A DNA stretch of 64,000 nt from NCBI GenBank assembly GCA_028705995.1, contig JAQWCH010000003.1, positions 13,385 through 77,384 of the forward strand, given 5' to 3'. Below the pieces are notes generated by a model. The model did no database searches. It was given only the letters and a program-made list of their open reading frames with translations, and was not told the DNA's origin. The DNA comes from Bacilli bacterium. Lineage in GTDB: Bacteria > Bacillota_I > Bacilli_A > RFN20 > CAG-826. A program made the position numbers and the translations under genes. Of this stretch, positions 19,689-28,682 are shown piece after piece. The first letter of the stretch is position 1. Every line of letters starts with the position of its first letter.

Positions 19689-20779
19689 TTATCGGCTCCT
19701 GAGAAGATTTCAACATGGCGGGCGACCATTGCTTCAATTGTGTTTTGCTTAGCAACTTCAATTGCCTTATGATAAAAATCCTTTGTGACAATTGTATTGA
19801 TTGAAAATAATACTTGCGCTTCGTTTTCCGGATCAACGAGGAAGCCGTTACTTCCATCTTGTACTAACGTGCGGGCAGCGACCATTTTATTGCTAGCGAT
19901 AACACCAAGGCCTTGGGAAAGTGCCTCATTAACAACATGCCCATAAATATCCTCTTTCGATAAGAAAATCGCGTAGTCGGATATGCGGAGTAAATTTAAA
20001 ACATCTTTCCGCGCTTTAAAGTTAAGTAGGCAAACGTTTTCAATTTTATTATCTTTGATAAAGTTTTCATACTTCACACGATCTGGACCATCACCAATTA
20101 AAACCAAAGTGCGTGATTTAGGCATTAACTTCCATATTTTAAGCAACCGCATATTATTTTTTCTTTCAATAAATTGCCCAACAGAAATAAAAACTTGTTC
20201 GCCGTCAATACCTAGTTGTTTACGTAAAAACCGTTTTTCCAAAGAAGTGATTTTCTTTGTTGCTATCTCATGCTCATAAATTGTTGAATAGGGATAATGA
20301 AGAATTCGCTTACGCTCGACTCCATAATGCAAAAGATAACGATCCGCTTCTTCCGACGGCGAAAGATAAAACGTTGCTCCATCAATGAAGTAGTGTTTAA
20401 TTCCACGTTTAAAGCGATTTTCCTTAGTGCGAACAACACCACCATTAATGGCAAAAATATAAGGAATATGATGTTTCTTCAAATAGCGTAATGCAATCAT
20501 TTCCGCAATAGTTGAATAGCCATTCATTACGATTAAATCATAGGAGTTCTGCTTTAAATGTTTTTTAATCCCCCATGATAAAAAATTTTCATCGCCAAGA
20601 CACCATCCGCGGATGGTATGAAAATTAAATTTATATTGCTGGTCTTGATAAAAAATTTTATTGCGATTTCTAGCTTTTGTGCGTTCAAATATTACATGCA
20701 AGTCAAAAAAACTCGCTAATCCGTTAAATAGAGCGACTTTATAAGGAGCGGGGTGGTTAAATGTAATAAAAACCTTCAT
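19685..20779 (-). CDS. glycosyltransferase family 4
   Basis: The EX7E-type region EDIYGHVVNEALSQGLGVIASN. 4-nt overlap with the downstream GT gene. Confidence 0.7.
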   Translation of the reverse strand: MKVFITFNHPAPYKVALFNGLASFFDLHVIFERTKARNRNKIFYQDQQYKFNFHTIRGWCLGDENFLSWGIKKHLKQNSYDLIVMNGYSTIAEMIALRYLKKHHIPYIFAINGGVVRTKENRFKRGIKHYFIDGATFYLSPSEEADRYLLHYGVERKRILHYPYSTIYEHEIATKKITSLEKRFLRKQLGIDGEQVFISVGQFIERKNNMRLLKIWKLMPKSRTLVLIGDGPDRVKYENFIKDNKIENVCLLNFKARKDVLNLLRISDYAIFLSKEDIYGHVVNEALSQGLGVIASNKMVAARTLVQDGSNGFLVDPENEAQVLFSINTIVTKDFYHKAIEVAKQNTIEAMVARHVEIFSGADK

Positions 20780-20834
20780 TTCGACTTAACAATTCCTTTG
20801 GTTTTATTATACCTTAAAGAAAACGCTGTTTATA

Positions 20835-20843
20835 TGCTACAAT
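20835..20843 (+). promoter_or_regulatory. extended -10 promoter (TGCTACAAT) for ung
   Basis: TGnTAcAAT lies 18 nt upstream of the ATG at 20861. No good -35 element was seen. Confidence 0.4.
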
Positions 20844-20860
20844 TTAAAAAGGTTAAACAT

Positions 20861-21517
20861 ATGGACTGGTCAACATTTTTCATTAATATCCGCAACAAAC
20901 CGTATGCAGAAAAACTGCATAAGTTTTTAGATGAAGAATATCATGAACATATATGCTATCCACCGCGCGCACAAATGTTTAATGCGTTCACACTTACGTC
21001 ATACGATAGCATTAAAGTTGTTATTATTGGTCAAGATCCTTATCACAATGAAAAGCAGGCAATGGGGTTAGCTTTTAGTGTGCCAAATGGGATTCCGTTA
21101 CCACCATCATTGAAGAACATCTATCGCGAGATTACCAATGATTTTGGTTGTGAAATGACAGATAATGGGGATTTAACATATTTAGCAGAACAAGGCGTTT
21201 TGTTACTCAACGCCCGGCTCTCTGTGCGAGCGCACACACCTTTATCACATGATATTCCGGAATATGAGCAATTTTTGATTGATGTTCTTAAATTTATTGA
21301 TCAAAATCCTCAACCAATCGTATTTTTACTTTGGGGCGGATTTGCAAGGAATTTAAAAAAACATATTACAAATCCCGCTCGAATTATTTTAGAAAGCGTC
21401 CATCCTTCACCGTTAAGTGCTAATCGAGGTGGATGGTTTAATCAACATCAATTTAAACAAACAAATGATTATCTTATTAAGAATGGCCGTTCACCAATCA
21501 ATTGGCAGAATCATTGA
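20861..21517 (+). CDS. ung: uracil-DNA glycosylase
   Basis: VVIIGQDPYH, GLAFSV, LLLN and HPSPLSA motifs. The start at MDWSTFF matches the N-terminal length of E. coli Ung. The track start at 20753 overlaps the divergent GT gene. Confidence 0.9.
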   Translation: MDWSTFFINIRNKPYAEKLHKFLDEEYHEHICYPPRAQMFNAFTLTSYDSIKVVIIGQDPYHNEKQAMGLAFSVPNGIPLPPSLKNIYREITNDFGCEMTDNGDLTYLAEQGVLLLNARLSVRAHTPLSHDIPEYEQFLIDVLKFIDQNPQPIVFLLWGGFARNLKKHITNPARIILESVHPSPLSANRGGWFNQHQFKQTNDYLIKNGRSPINWQNH

Positions 21518-21524
21518 AAGATTG

Positions 21525-21533
21525 TGCTATAAT
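21525..21533 (+). promoter_or_regulatory. extended -10 promoter (TGCTATAAT) for the thiT leader
   Basis: A TGnTATAAT match just upstream of the riboswitch. Confidence 0.5.
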
Positions 21534-21535
21534 TA

Positions 21536-21622
21536 TTTTTGGGAGCTAGGTTAACCTGGCTGAGAGGATTCGTGTTATCGAATCGACCATACCTGATCCG
21601 GATAATGCCGGCGGAGGGATAC
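21536..21622 (+). promoter_or_regulatory. TPP (THI-box) riboswitch aptamer
   Basis: Contains GGCTGAGAG and ACCTGATCCGGATAATGCCGGCGGAGGGA, which match the conserved THI-box core. It lies upstream of a ThiT gene. Confidence 0.85.
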
Positions 21623-21630
21623 TAATGATT

Positions 21631-21656
21631 CCTTTCCGGCAGGAAAGGTTTTTTAT
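21631..21656 (+). terminator. riboswitch expression-platform terminator
   Basis: 7-bp stem, cctttcc paired with ggaaagg, followed by a T6 run, directly before the thiT RBS. Confidence 0.7.
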
Positions 21657-21667
21657 TAGGAGGACAT

Positions 21668-22729
21668 ATGAAAAAAGACGAAAGCAAAATACAAGAAATT
21701 GATACAAGTTATGTCGGAGAAGAGATTGCGCTTGAAAAAAAGTTTCAACCATCTTTCCTTCAACGCTTCAGCGGAATAATTATTGGATTAATCGTCTTGC
21801 TACTAATGTTGCTACCACTTTTTACAATAAAAGAGGCCAATCAGACAGTTGATATAAAGTTTTATGAAGTGTTTTTTGGTAGTGCTATTTCCAAACCAGC
21901 AATAATAATCTTTATCGCATTTTTCTTTCCATTAATTGCCGGAATCTTATATTTCTTCGCAAATCGATATGCCTTTCTCAATCTTATTGCCCTTATTTTT
22001 AGTATTGCTGCTATTGCAATATTTATATTTAGTCCAGATATCTTTTACGAAATTAATGGATGGGGCGACTCAGCATATGAAGTAAATATCAGTATTGGCG
22101 CTATATTTTCTGCGATACTTGCTGGTGGAGGCGCATTATTTTCTATCCGTGAATTTTCCAAACAGAATCCATTAACAATCCGCGATATTACCGAAATTGC
22201 CGCGATGGTTGGCATCGCTTTATTGCTCGATCAATTTGTCAAAATTGATGTGACGGGGGCGGGTGCCGCTGGTTCCATTGGTTTTGCCATGTTACCACTA
22301 TTCATTTTGGCGTTTCGTCTTGGCTTTTTAAAAGGTTTCATAGCCAGTGGCGTAGTTTTTGGGTTATTATCCAATATTATCGATGGCTATGGTTTTGCTA
22401 CTTATCCATTTGATTATTTATTGGCGTTTGGCTTAATCGGGGTTGTTGGTTTATTTCGTTCTTTGGCATTACCAAAAAATAAAAATCCAAGAATTGTTAA
22501 TATTATCTGGTATGTCATTGCAATTATCATTGGGACAATTGGACGCTATTTTGGGAGCGTAATTTCGTCGCTTGTTATCTATGATGCCACACTAAGTTTT
22601 GCACTCAGCTACAATTGGTATATTCTTGCAAGCGGCGGCGCAGTGCTGATTATATTACTAGCACTTTATAAACCGCTTTTAATGATTAACGCGCGCTATC
22701 CAACAAGTGAAGATCGCACAAAAAAATAA
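21668..22729 (+). CDS. thiT: thiamine ECF-transporter S component ThiT fused to an extra N-terminal ~165-aa membrane domain
   Basis: The C-terminal ~185 aa align by eye to L. lactis ThiT (ITEIAAMVGIALLL, PLFILAFRLGFLKGFIASGVVFGLLS, DYLLAFGLIGVVGLFR). The N-terminal part has about 4 TM segments and matches no family I recognise. Confidence 0.75.
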   Translation: MKKDESKIQEIDTSYVGEEIALEKKFQPSFLQRFSGIIIGLIVLLLMLLPLFTIKEANQTVDIKFYEVFFGSAISKPAIIIFIAFFFPLIAGILYFFANRYAFLNLIALIFSIAAIAIFIFSPDIFYEINGWGDSAYEVNISIGAIFSAILAGGGALFSIREFSKQNPLTIRDITEIAAMVGIALLLDQFVKIDVTGAGAAGSIGFAMLPLFILAFRLGFLKGFIASGVVFGLLSNIIDGYGFATYPFDYLLAFGLIGVVGLFRSLALPKNKNPRIVNIIWYVIAIIIGTIGRYFGSVISSLVIYDATLSFALSYNWYILASGGAVLIILLALYKPLLMINARYPTSEDRTKK

Positions 22730-22744
22730 ATAGAGAACATATAA

Positions 22745-22785
22745 AGGACCAGAAAACAAGAAATGTCATAAACTGGTCCTTTTTA
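22745..22785 (+). terminator. intrinsic terminator after thiT
   Basis: 8-bp stem, aggaccag paired with ctggtcct, with a 20-nt loop and a T run. Confidence 0.55.
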
Positions 22786-22810
22786 ATATTTATGTGAAAT
22801 AAAACATGCA

Positions 22811-22819
22811 TGTTATAAT
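22811..22819 (+). promoter_or_regulatory. extended -10 promoter (TGTTATAAT)
   Basis: Exact TGnTATAAT 27 nt upstream of the Sel1-repeat gene start. Confidence 0.5.
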
Positions 22820-22845
22820 TTAATTAGTGAGTAGGAGGTATCCTA

Positions 22846-23487
22846 ATGGCTAATTATAAATTAATGAATAATCGCGAATTAGAAAAACGTGTTGATCGTG
22901 AAGAACTAGGTGCGATTCACGAACTAGCCCGGCGGCTTGTTCAAGGTGAAGGTATTGCAGAAGATGATAAACGCGGATTTGCACTTGCTAAGCAAGGCGC
23001 TGATGCTGGATATGTACCCGCCAAAACAGTTCTAGGATATTGCTATTTTTATGGTAAAGGTGTCACTCAAGACGAAAAGAAAGGTGTCGACCTATTTTTG
23101 GAAGCAGCCGAAGGCGGACACGATGCTGCCCAATATAATATGGGCATTGCCTATGAACGCGGTAGTGTCTTAGTAAGAAACTATCAAACGGCATGGATTT
23201 GGTATCAGAAAGCTGCTGCTCAAGGATTTGCAAAAGCTTTCTATAAGCTTGGTTTCTTTGCTGAGATGGGGTTTGGAATAGAGAAGGATCTTGTTCAAGC
23301 CGCCAAACTATACGAAGAAAGCGCAAAACGCGGATATCGTAAAGCGCAATATATTCTCGGAATATGTTATCTTGAAGGTCGAGGAGTATTGGAAAGCCGT
23401 GAACAAGCACTTTATTGGTTTGAACGTGCACACGAGCAAGGATACGCACCCGCATTTAGCAAAATCCGCGAATTGACAAAGAAATAG
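22846..23487 (+). CDS. Sel1-like repeat (SLR/TPR-type) protein, no signal peptide
   Basis: Four to five repeats of the A-x-x-G-x-x-x-A-x-x-x-L-G-x-x-Y-x-x-G-x-G-V type (for example AKTVLGYCYFYGKGVTQDEKKG). AGGAGG RBS. Confidence 0.8.
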   Translation: MANYKLMNNRELEKRVDREELGAIHELARRLVQGEGIAEDDKRGFALAKQGADAGYVPAKTVLGYCYFYGKGVTQDEKKGVDLFLEAAEGGHDAAQYNMGIAYERGSVLVRNYQTAWIWYQKAAAQGFAKAFYKLGFFAEMGFGIEKDLVQAAKLYEESAKRGYRKAQYILGICYLEGRGVLESREQALYWFERAHEQGYAPAFSKIRELTKK

Positions 23488-23498
23488 ATGATATTTGT

Positions 23499-23527
23499 AA
23501 TCCTTTCTTAAAGAGAAAGGATTTTTC
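23499..23527 (+). terminator. intrinsic terminator
   Basis: 10-bp stem, aatcctttct paired with agaaaggatt, with a 5-nt loop and a T run. Confidence 0.75.
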
Positions 23528-23597
23528 TTTTACTTAAATAAATAGTATTCAGTAAGCATTTTTGCTATATTGATACATGTGAAAGCAGGATGAATTT

Positions 23598-24500
23598 ATG
23601 GAAGAAGTGATTCAAAAAATCGAAGGAAAACGCGATGCCTTTATGGCGCTATATAAAAAATATCGCAGCATAAACACTATTTTAATGGCGATATTTGTAA
23701 TTTCCTTTGTTCCAGTGATGATTTGGGTAATGCCAATTGAGACATACGGAACATATATTGCGCTGGGTATTGTTTTACTCTTCGTTGCAGTTTTATTCTT
23801 TTATGGTAATTTTATGAAAAGAAAAACAACGACGGCAACGCTTGAATATATTAATGATTATTATCAAGCAATTGATCAATACGTTTTTGATGAAACACAA
23901 GTTGATGACTACTATCAATTTACTGACGAGCAAATGGAACTGCAAAATGTTGTTGACGCGCGAATAATAAAAGGTATTGATGATCTTGCATCGCGCAATA
24001 CGGTCAAATATCGCTTGGGCAAGTTCTTGATTCACTCCGCCGATATTGTTGCTTATATTCATCACGAAGTAAAACGTAAAACACAAAAACAAGGTGTTTT
24101 CTACGGGAAATTCATTATATCTGATAATAAGCAAACCAAGGCAGAACGGACTATTATTTATCTTAAACCGCGTATTGAATTGGTCGCTCAAGCGGGCGGA
24201 CCAACTGATGTTGAAGACTTAAATATGATTCATGATGACAAAGAATTTGCTGTTTATTCTTCAAGTCCTGCCGTGCTTGATGTCATCTCCAAAGATGCTT
24301 TAAATTTGTTAGCCAAATTTCCTTTAAACGAAGACTTGATTGACGCAACAATTTCGATACAGGCTGGGAAAACTTGTTTTGCCTTATCTTTTTCAGAACG
24401 AATAATGGTCGTTCCCTATAACCAACCAGCAAACGGAGAAGCTATTGAAAATCTTAAAAAAGCAATTGAAACTTGTCACCAATTTCTTAAATTAAATTAA
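23598..24500 (+). CDS. hypothetical membrane protein (2 N-terminal TM segments plus a soluble domain)
   Basis: 300-aa ORF bounded by its own promoter-like element and a terminator. I recognise no family with confidence. Confidence 0.55.
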   Translation: MEEVIQKIEGKRDAFMALYKKYRSINTILMAIFVISFVPVMIWVMPIETYGTYIALGIVLLFVAVLFFYGNFMKRKTTTATLEYINDYYQAIDQYVFDETQVDDYYQFTDEQMELQNVVDARIIKGIDDLASRNTVKYRLGKFLIHSADIVAYIHHEVKRKTQKQGVFYGKFIISDNKQTKAERTIIYLKPRIELVAQAGGPTDVEDLNMIHDDKEFAVYSSSPAVLDVISKDALNLLAKFPLNEDLIDATISIQAGKTCFALSFSERIMVVPYNQPANGEAIENLKKAIETCHQFLKLN

Positions 24501-24506
24501 AAACTA

Positions 24507-24537
24507 AAATCGGCGATTCTAGGATCGCCGTTTTTTA
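24507..24537 (+). terminator. intrinsic terminator
   Basis: 7-bp stem, cggcgat paired with atcgccg, followed by a T6 run. Confidence 0.75.
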
Positions 24538-24558
24538 TATTTTGTGAATTGGCATGTA

Positions 24559-24567
24559 TGTTATAAT
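24559..24567 (+). promoter_or_regulatory. extended -10 promoter (TGTTATAAT)
   Basis: Exact TGnTATAAT upstream of the DUF402 gene. Confidence 0.45.
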
Positions 24568-24628
24568 TATCACGAGTTAATACTTGGAAATTCTTTTTAA
24601 GAGAATTTTAGCTTTAAAGTGAGTAGAT

Positions 24629-25162
24629 ATGAGTGATAAAAATATTTGGTTACCTATTCAAGGTTATAAACATGATGGAAGCTTTCACCGCTATTGGAGT
24701 AGGAATTTTCTTATCGACATTACAGAAGATTTTTTTATTGTTGTAAGCAAAAAAACACGTGTTGTTGAAGCTAATGGTCGTTACTGGTATTCGCGAGAAC
24801 CAGCGGTCAGCTTTTTTCATCGCAGGCAGTGGTGGAACGCAATTGGAATGATTAAACCCGAAGGTATTTCTTTTTATGTGAATATTGCTTCGCCCGCGCT
24901 TCTTGATCAAAACATCATCAAATATATCGATTATGATGTAGATTTAAAAATGTATCCAAACGGTGAGATTCGTTTGTTGGATGAACGCGAATACGCACGA
25001 CATGCACGCCAATTTGAGTATGGAGAAAAAATTGAAGAAATTATTCGTTTTACGATTGCTGATTTGATGAAAAAAATACAAAAAAACGACTTTCCCTTTT
25101 CGAGCGAAGTCGTGCAAAATTATTACGATGCGTTTAGTGAATTAACTAATACGAAGCAGTGA
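24629..25162 (+). CDS. DUF402/UPF0374 nucleoside tri-/diphosphate phosphatase (Ntdp/YgaC-like)
   Basis: IQGYKHDGSFHRYW ... REPAVSFFHRRQWWNAIGMI ... YVNIASP matches the pattern of the Firmicute UPF0374 family. Confidence 0.7.
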   Translation: MSDKNIWLPIQGYKHDGSFHRYWSRNFLIDITEDFFIVVSKKTRVVEANGRYWYSREPAVSFFHRRQWWNAIGMIKPEGISFYVNIASPALLDQNIIKYIDYDVDLKMYPNGEIRLLDEREYARHARQFEYGEKIEEIIRFTIADLMKKIQKNDFPFSSEVVQNYYDAFSELTNTKQ

Positions 25163-26066
25163 TTTGGGCAAAAACCCTATCAATTTCCGTGTGAATTGGA
25201 TAAATTCTCCGCACTTTATCAATATATCCCGCCGCATCACCAATGACATAAATGTGTGGAGCGACTAGTAAATTTTCATCAACCTTGATGCCTGCACCAA
25301 ATTTCTCAAACGCAAAAGTGTTTCTTTCAGGCTGAAATCCAAAGTTAACAAAAATATAATCACAAGAAATAGTGACTTGGTCTTCAGTTTCGACATTTTT
25401 CAAAGTAATACCAGAGACCTTATTATTCATTTCTAAGACAGAAACAGGAACATAAGGTTTTTTAATATCAATTTCTGTTAATCCCGATATCGTTTCTGGA
25501 TTTCCGCGAAACTCTTCACGGCGATGAACAAGTGTTACTAGCGCACCATTTTTAACAAGCATTTTAGCACCATCAAGCGCAGAATCTCCCCCGCCAAGAA
25601 CGACAACTCTTTTATTTGCATAGGGTATATAATTCTCAATTGAATAAATTATTTCGGGTAAATCATCATTCGGAACACGCATTTTTCGCGGGACATACGC
25701 ACCAAGTCCGCTAGCGATAATTACATCGCGTGCATAGTAACGACTCTTGTCGGTAACTAATTCGATGTAGTCTTCGTGACGAAAAAATTCGCGAACACGA
25801 GTTTTTTTGATGATTGCAATTGATTTTGATGTGGATTGATATTCTTCAATTAATTTTTCAATATATTTGGCGGCAAGAATTGTTGGCGTGTCATGCAAAT
25901 CTTCAATTTCCTTTGAGGGGTATAGTTGTGAAATTTGACCACCAATAACATCTGAGCCTTCAAGCAATAGGCCGTTAATATTGAGTTGGCTGCCTTTTAT
26001 TGCTGCAAGCAGGCCAGCAGGACCACCACCAACGATTACAAGCGGATGAATTGTTTTGTCGAGCAT
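25146..26066 (-). CDS. ferredoxin-NADP+ reductase, TrxR-like type (YumC family)
   Basis: VIVGGGPAGL, GGQISQLYPSKEIEDL (YumC-type) and VLGGGDSALD are present, and there is no CxxC redox pair. The 3-prime end overlaps the convergent gene by 17 nt. Confidence 0.75.
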   Translation of the reverse strand: MLDKTIHPLVIVGGGPAGLLAAIKGSQLNINGLLLEGSDVIGGQISQLYPSKEIEDLHDTPTILAAKYIEKLIEEYQSTSKSIAIIKKTRVREFFRHEDYIELVTDKSRYYARDVIIASGLGAYVPRKMRVPNDDLPEIIYSIENYIPYANKRVVVLGGGDSALDGAKMLVKNGALVTLVHRREEFRGNPETISGLTEIDIKKPYVPVSVLEMNNKVSGITLKNVETEDQVTISCDYIFVNFGFQPERNTFAFEKFGAGIKVDENLLVAPHIYVIGDAAGYIDKVRRIYPIHTEIDRVFAQITASY

Positions 26067-26129
26067 ATAAACACCTCAGTTTTTATTATACATAAGAAAT
26101 ATCTTCAAAGTCATACAATGCTTTTATTA

Positions 26130-26138
26130 TGTTATAAT
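26130..26138 (+). promoter_or_regulatory. extended -10 promoter (TGTTATAAT) for the tsaE operon
   Basis: Exact TGnTATAAT 24 nt upstream of tsaE. Confidence 0.5.
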
Positions 26139-26161
26139 TTAGCCGTTTATAGGATATAAAG

Positions 26162-26623
26162 ATGGAACTAATTATTTTTACAAACGCAGCCGAAGAAACT
26201 TATCTTCTTGGCGCGAAAATAGCACCTTTTATTAAGCCAGGAGATGTCATCACTTTATCGGGTGATCTTGGGGCGGGAAAAACAACGTTTGTCCAAGGTT
26301 TAGCAAAGGGGCTTTTATCAAAAACTCGGGTTATTTCTCCGACTTTTAATATCATGCGTTGCTACTTTGATGCGCGCATTCCGCTTTTTCATATTGATGC
26401 TTATCGTTTAGAAGAGGGCAATAAAGAAATTGGTCTAGAAGAGTTTGTTGAAGGCGATGGTGTTGCCGTGATTGAGTGGCCACAATACATTCAAGAATTA
26501 TTACCAGTCGCATATCTTGAAATTGAAATACTCTCCTTAGGCGATGATCAAAGGAAACTAACGATTAAAAGTAGTAATGAACATTATCATTACCTCCTTA
26601 AAAAATTTAAGGAGGAAAATTAG
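26162..26623 (+). CDS. tsaE: tRNA t6A37 biosynthesis ATPase TsaE
   Basis: GDLGAGKTTFVQGLAKGL P-loop, SPTFNI, HIDAYRL. Confidence 0.9.
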   Translation: MELIIFTNAAEETYLLGAKIAPFIKPGDVITLSGDLGAGKTTFVQGLAKGLLSKTRVISPTFNIMRCYFDARIPLFHIDAYRLEEGNKEIGLEEFVEGDGVAVIEWPQYIQELLPVAYLEIEILSLGDDQRKLTIKSSNEHYHYLLKKFKEEN

Positions 26624-26624
26624 C

Positions 26625-27212
26625 ATGCTGACACTTTTGCTTGATTCCGCTAATAGTCATCTTTCAGTTGGTTTTGTTAAAGATCAACAACTTGTTTTTC
26701 AATTTCATGAATTAGCTTGGCAAAAACAATCAGAATTGATGGTTGCAGTCATTAACCAAGCAATGCAAAATCATGGTTGGTCGCGTCACGATATTACTTC
26801 AATTATGGTTGGTATTGGACCAGGTTCATACACCGGTGTTCGCATTGCCCTTACTGTTGCAAAAGTTATGGCGGTCGCGCTTGAAATACCACTTGTTCCT
26901 GTTAGTTCTCTACAAATACTTGCCGATAAAAACCGTCCATCTATTTGTTTGATTAATGCGCGCTCACAACGTTCATATTTTGCTGTTTATGAAGGAGAAA
27001 AAGCCGTCATTTCTGACACCATTATCACAAATGATGAGGTTCTTAACTATATTAGAATGTATCCGAATTATGAACTTTGTGGTCAACTAGATTATCTTGG
27101 ACTAGAAGGAAAAGACAATAATCCATTATTCAAGATGGCGAGTCTCATCGGACAATTATCGAGTAGCGTTAATCCATTAAAGGTTAACCCAATTTATTTA
27201 AAAGACTTATGA
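26625..27212 (+). CDS. tsaB: tRNA t6A37 biosynthesis protein TsaB
   Basis: GIGPGSYTGVRIALTVAK motif. GGAGG at 26611 supports the ATG at 26625 rather than the track start at 26577. Confidence 0.9.
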   Translation: MLTLLLDSANSHLSVGFVKDQQLVFQFHELAWQKQSELMVAVINQAMQNHGWSRHDITSIMVGIGPGSYTGVRIALTVAKVMAVALEIPLVPVSSLQILADKNRPSICLINARSQRSYFAVYEGEKAVISDTIITNDEVLNYIRMYPNYELCGQLDYLGLEGKDNNPLFKMASLIGQLSSSVNPLKVNPIYLKDL

Positions 27213-27691
27213 GTAACAATGAAGTAAACGTGGTCATTCGCCCGATTGTTAATGAAGATCTTGATGTTGTGATAGATATTGAAAAAGCGAGTTTCAATGA
27301 CCCGTGGACAGTAACGCAATTTCAATATGAGTTATCAGAAAATCCCTTTGCGACAATCTTAGTGATTACATATCGCGATATTGTTGTTGGCTACATAGAT
27401 TTTTGGATTACTTTTGAATCCGCGACAATCAACAAGATTGCTATTCGTAACGAACTTAGACGGTTTGGCCTTGGAAAATTATTGTTAGAAGATACACTGC
27501 GCCGCATAACACAAATACCAGAAGTGACAATGATTACACTTGAAGTGCGGACCCATAACGAAGCCGCAATTAAATTATATCAACGGGCAGGATTTATTAT
27601 TGATCACACAAAAAAAGCTTACTATTCAGACGGAGAAGATGCATATTACATGATGAAAGCGGTACATGAAAATGAAAATACTAGCAATTGA
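27209..27691 (+). CDS. rimI: ribosomal-protein-alanine N-acetyltransferase
   Basis: GNAT motif RRFGLGKLLL, in the conserved tsaB-rimI-tsaD context. Confidence 0.85.
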   Translation: MSNNEVNVVIRPIVNEDLDVVIDIEKASFNDPWTVTQFQYELSENPFATILVITYRDIVVGYIDFWITFESATINKIAIRNELRRFGLGKLLLEDTLRRITQIPEVTMITLEVRTHNEAAIKLYQRAGFIIDHTKKAYYSDGEDAYYMMKAVHENENTSN

Positions 27692-28682
27692 ATCAAGTTG
27701 TGATGAGACGGGCGTTGCTATCATCAGTGATGGCGCTCTTTTAGCAAACATCGTCAGTACACAAATTGAAATGCATCAAAAATATGGTGGTGTGATGCCA
27801 GAAGTCGCTAGCCGTTTACATGCGGAAAATATCGGAGTTTGTTTAGAAGCCGCTTTAGAAAAAGCGCAAGTAAAATTAGAAGAAATCGACGCTTTTGCTT
27901 GTACACGGGGCCCGGGTTTAATTGGTGCTTTGCATGTTGGCCTTCAAGCCTGCAAGACACTGGCGATGCTCTATCAAAAACCACTAATTCCTGTTCATCA
28001 TTTAGCAGCGCATATTTATGCGAACGAATTTGTTGAACCTTTAAAATTTCCATTACTTGCGGTTGTCGTTAGTGGTGGCAACACCGAACTAGTTTATATG
28101 AAAGAACATTTGCATTTTGAAATTATTGGTGAGACAAAAGATGATGCCGTTGGCGAGTGTTATGATAAAGTGGCACGTGTATTAGGTCTTCCATATCCCG
28201 GTGGATTACCAATTGATAAACTCGCTCAAGTTGGGACACCAACATATGATTTACCAATACCTCTAAATCACGATAAAGGCTACGATTTTTCGTATTCCGG
28301 GCTTAAAACACATGTGATTAATCTTGTTCATAACGCTGAGCAAAAAGGCGAACAAATTGATGTTGCTAACTTAGCGGCAAGCTTTCAAAAAGTCGCAATT
28401 GGAATGATTATTGACCGAGTTTTAAAAGCTGTTAATGACTTTCCGGTTGCCCAAGTCGTGCTTGCTGGTGGCGTTTCTGCAAACTCTTACTTACGCAGTG
28501 AATTACCGCTTCAACTCGCAAAGAAAAACATTCCAGTTATTCGTCCACCAATGTGGTGTTGTACTGATCAAGCCGCAATGATTGCTAAACTTGCCGAGCA
28601 CCTTTATCAAGAAAAAATATTTGCAAATTTCGATCTTGGTGTAGATCCTAATTGGCAAATTGATGATTATCGAAAGTTTTAA
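27666..28682 (+). CDS. tsaD: tRNA N6-adenosine threonylcarbamoyltransferase TsaD
   Basis: ILAIESSCDETGVAI, HxxAH metal site (HHLAAHIY), GGVSAN. Confidence 0.95.
   Translation: MKMKILAIESSCDETGVAIISDGALLANIVSTQIEMHQKYGGVMPEVASRLHAENIGVCLEAALEKAQVKLEEIDAFACTRGPGLIGALHVGLQACKTLAMLYQKPLIPVHHLAAHIYANEFVEPLKFPLLAVVVSGGNTELVYMKEHLHFEIIGETKDDAVGECYDKVARVLGLPYPGGLPIDKLAQVGTPTYDLPIPLNHDKGYDFSYSGLKTHVINLVHNAEQKGEQIDVANLAASFQKVAIGMIIDRVLKAVNDFPVAQVVLAGGVSANSYLRSELPLQLAKKNIPVIRPPMWCCTDQAAMIAKLAEHLYQEKIFANFDLGVDPNWQIDDYRKF

Noticed and set aside
20753-20860. A long N-terminal extension of ung in the ORF track
   Set aside because: The extension overlaps the divergent GT gene and contains the probable ung promoter (TGCTACAAT). 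The Ung alignment begins at the Met at 20861.
21546-21752. 68-aa minus-strand ORF
   Set aside because: It covers the TPP riboswitch and the thiT 5-prime end on the wrong strand. The region is explained by the riboswitch.
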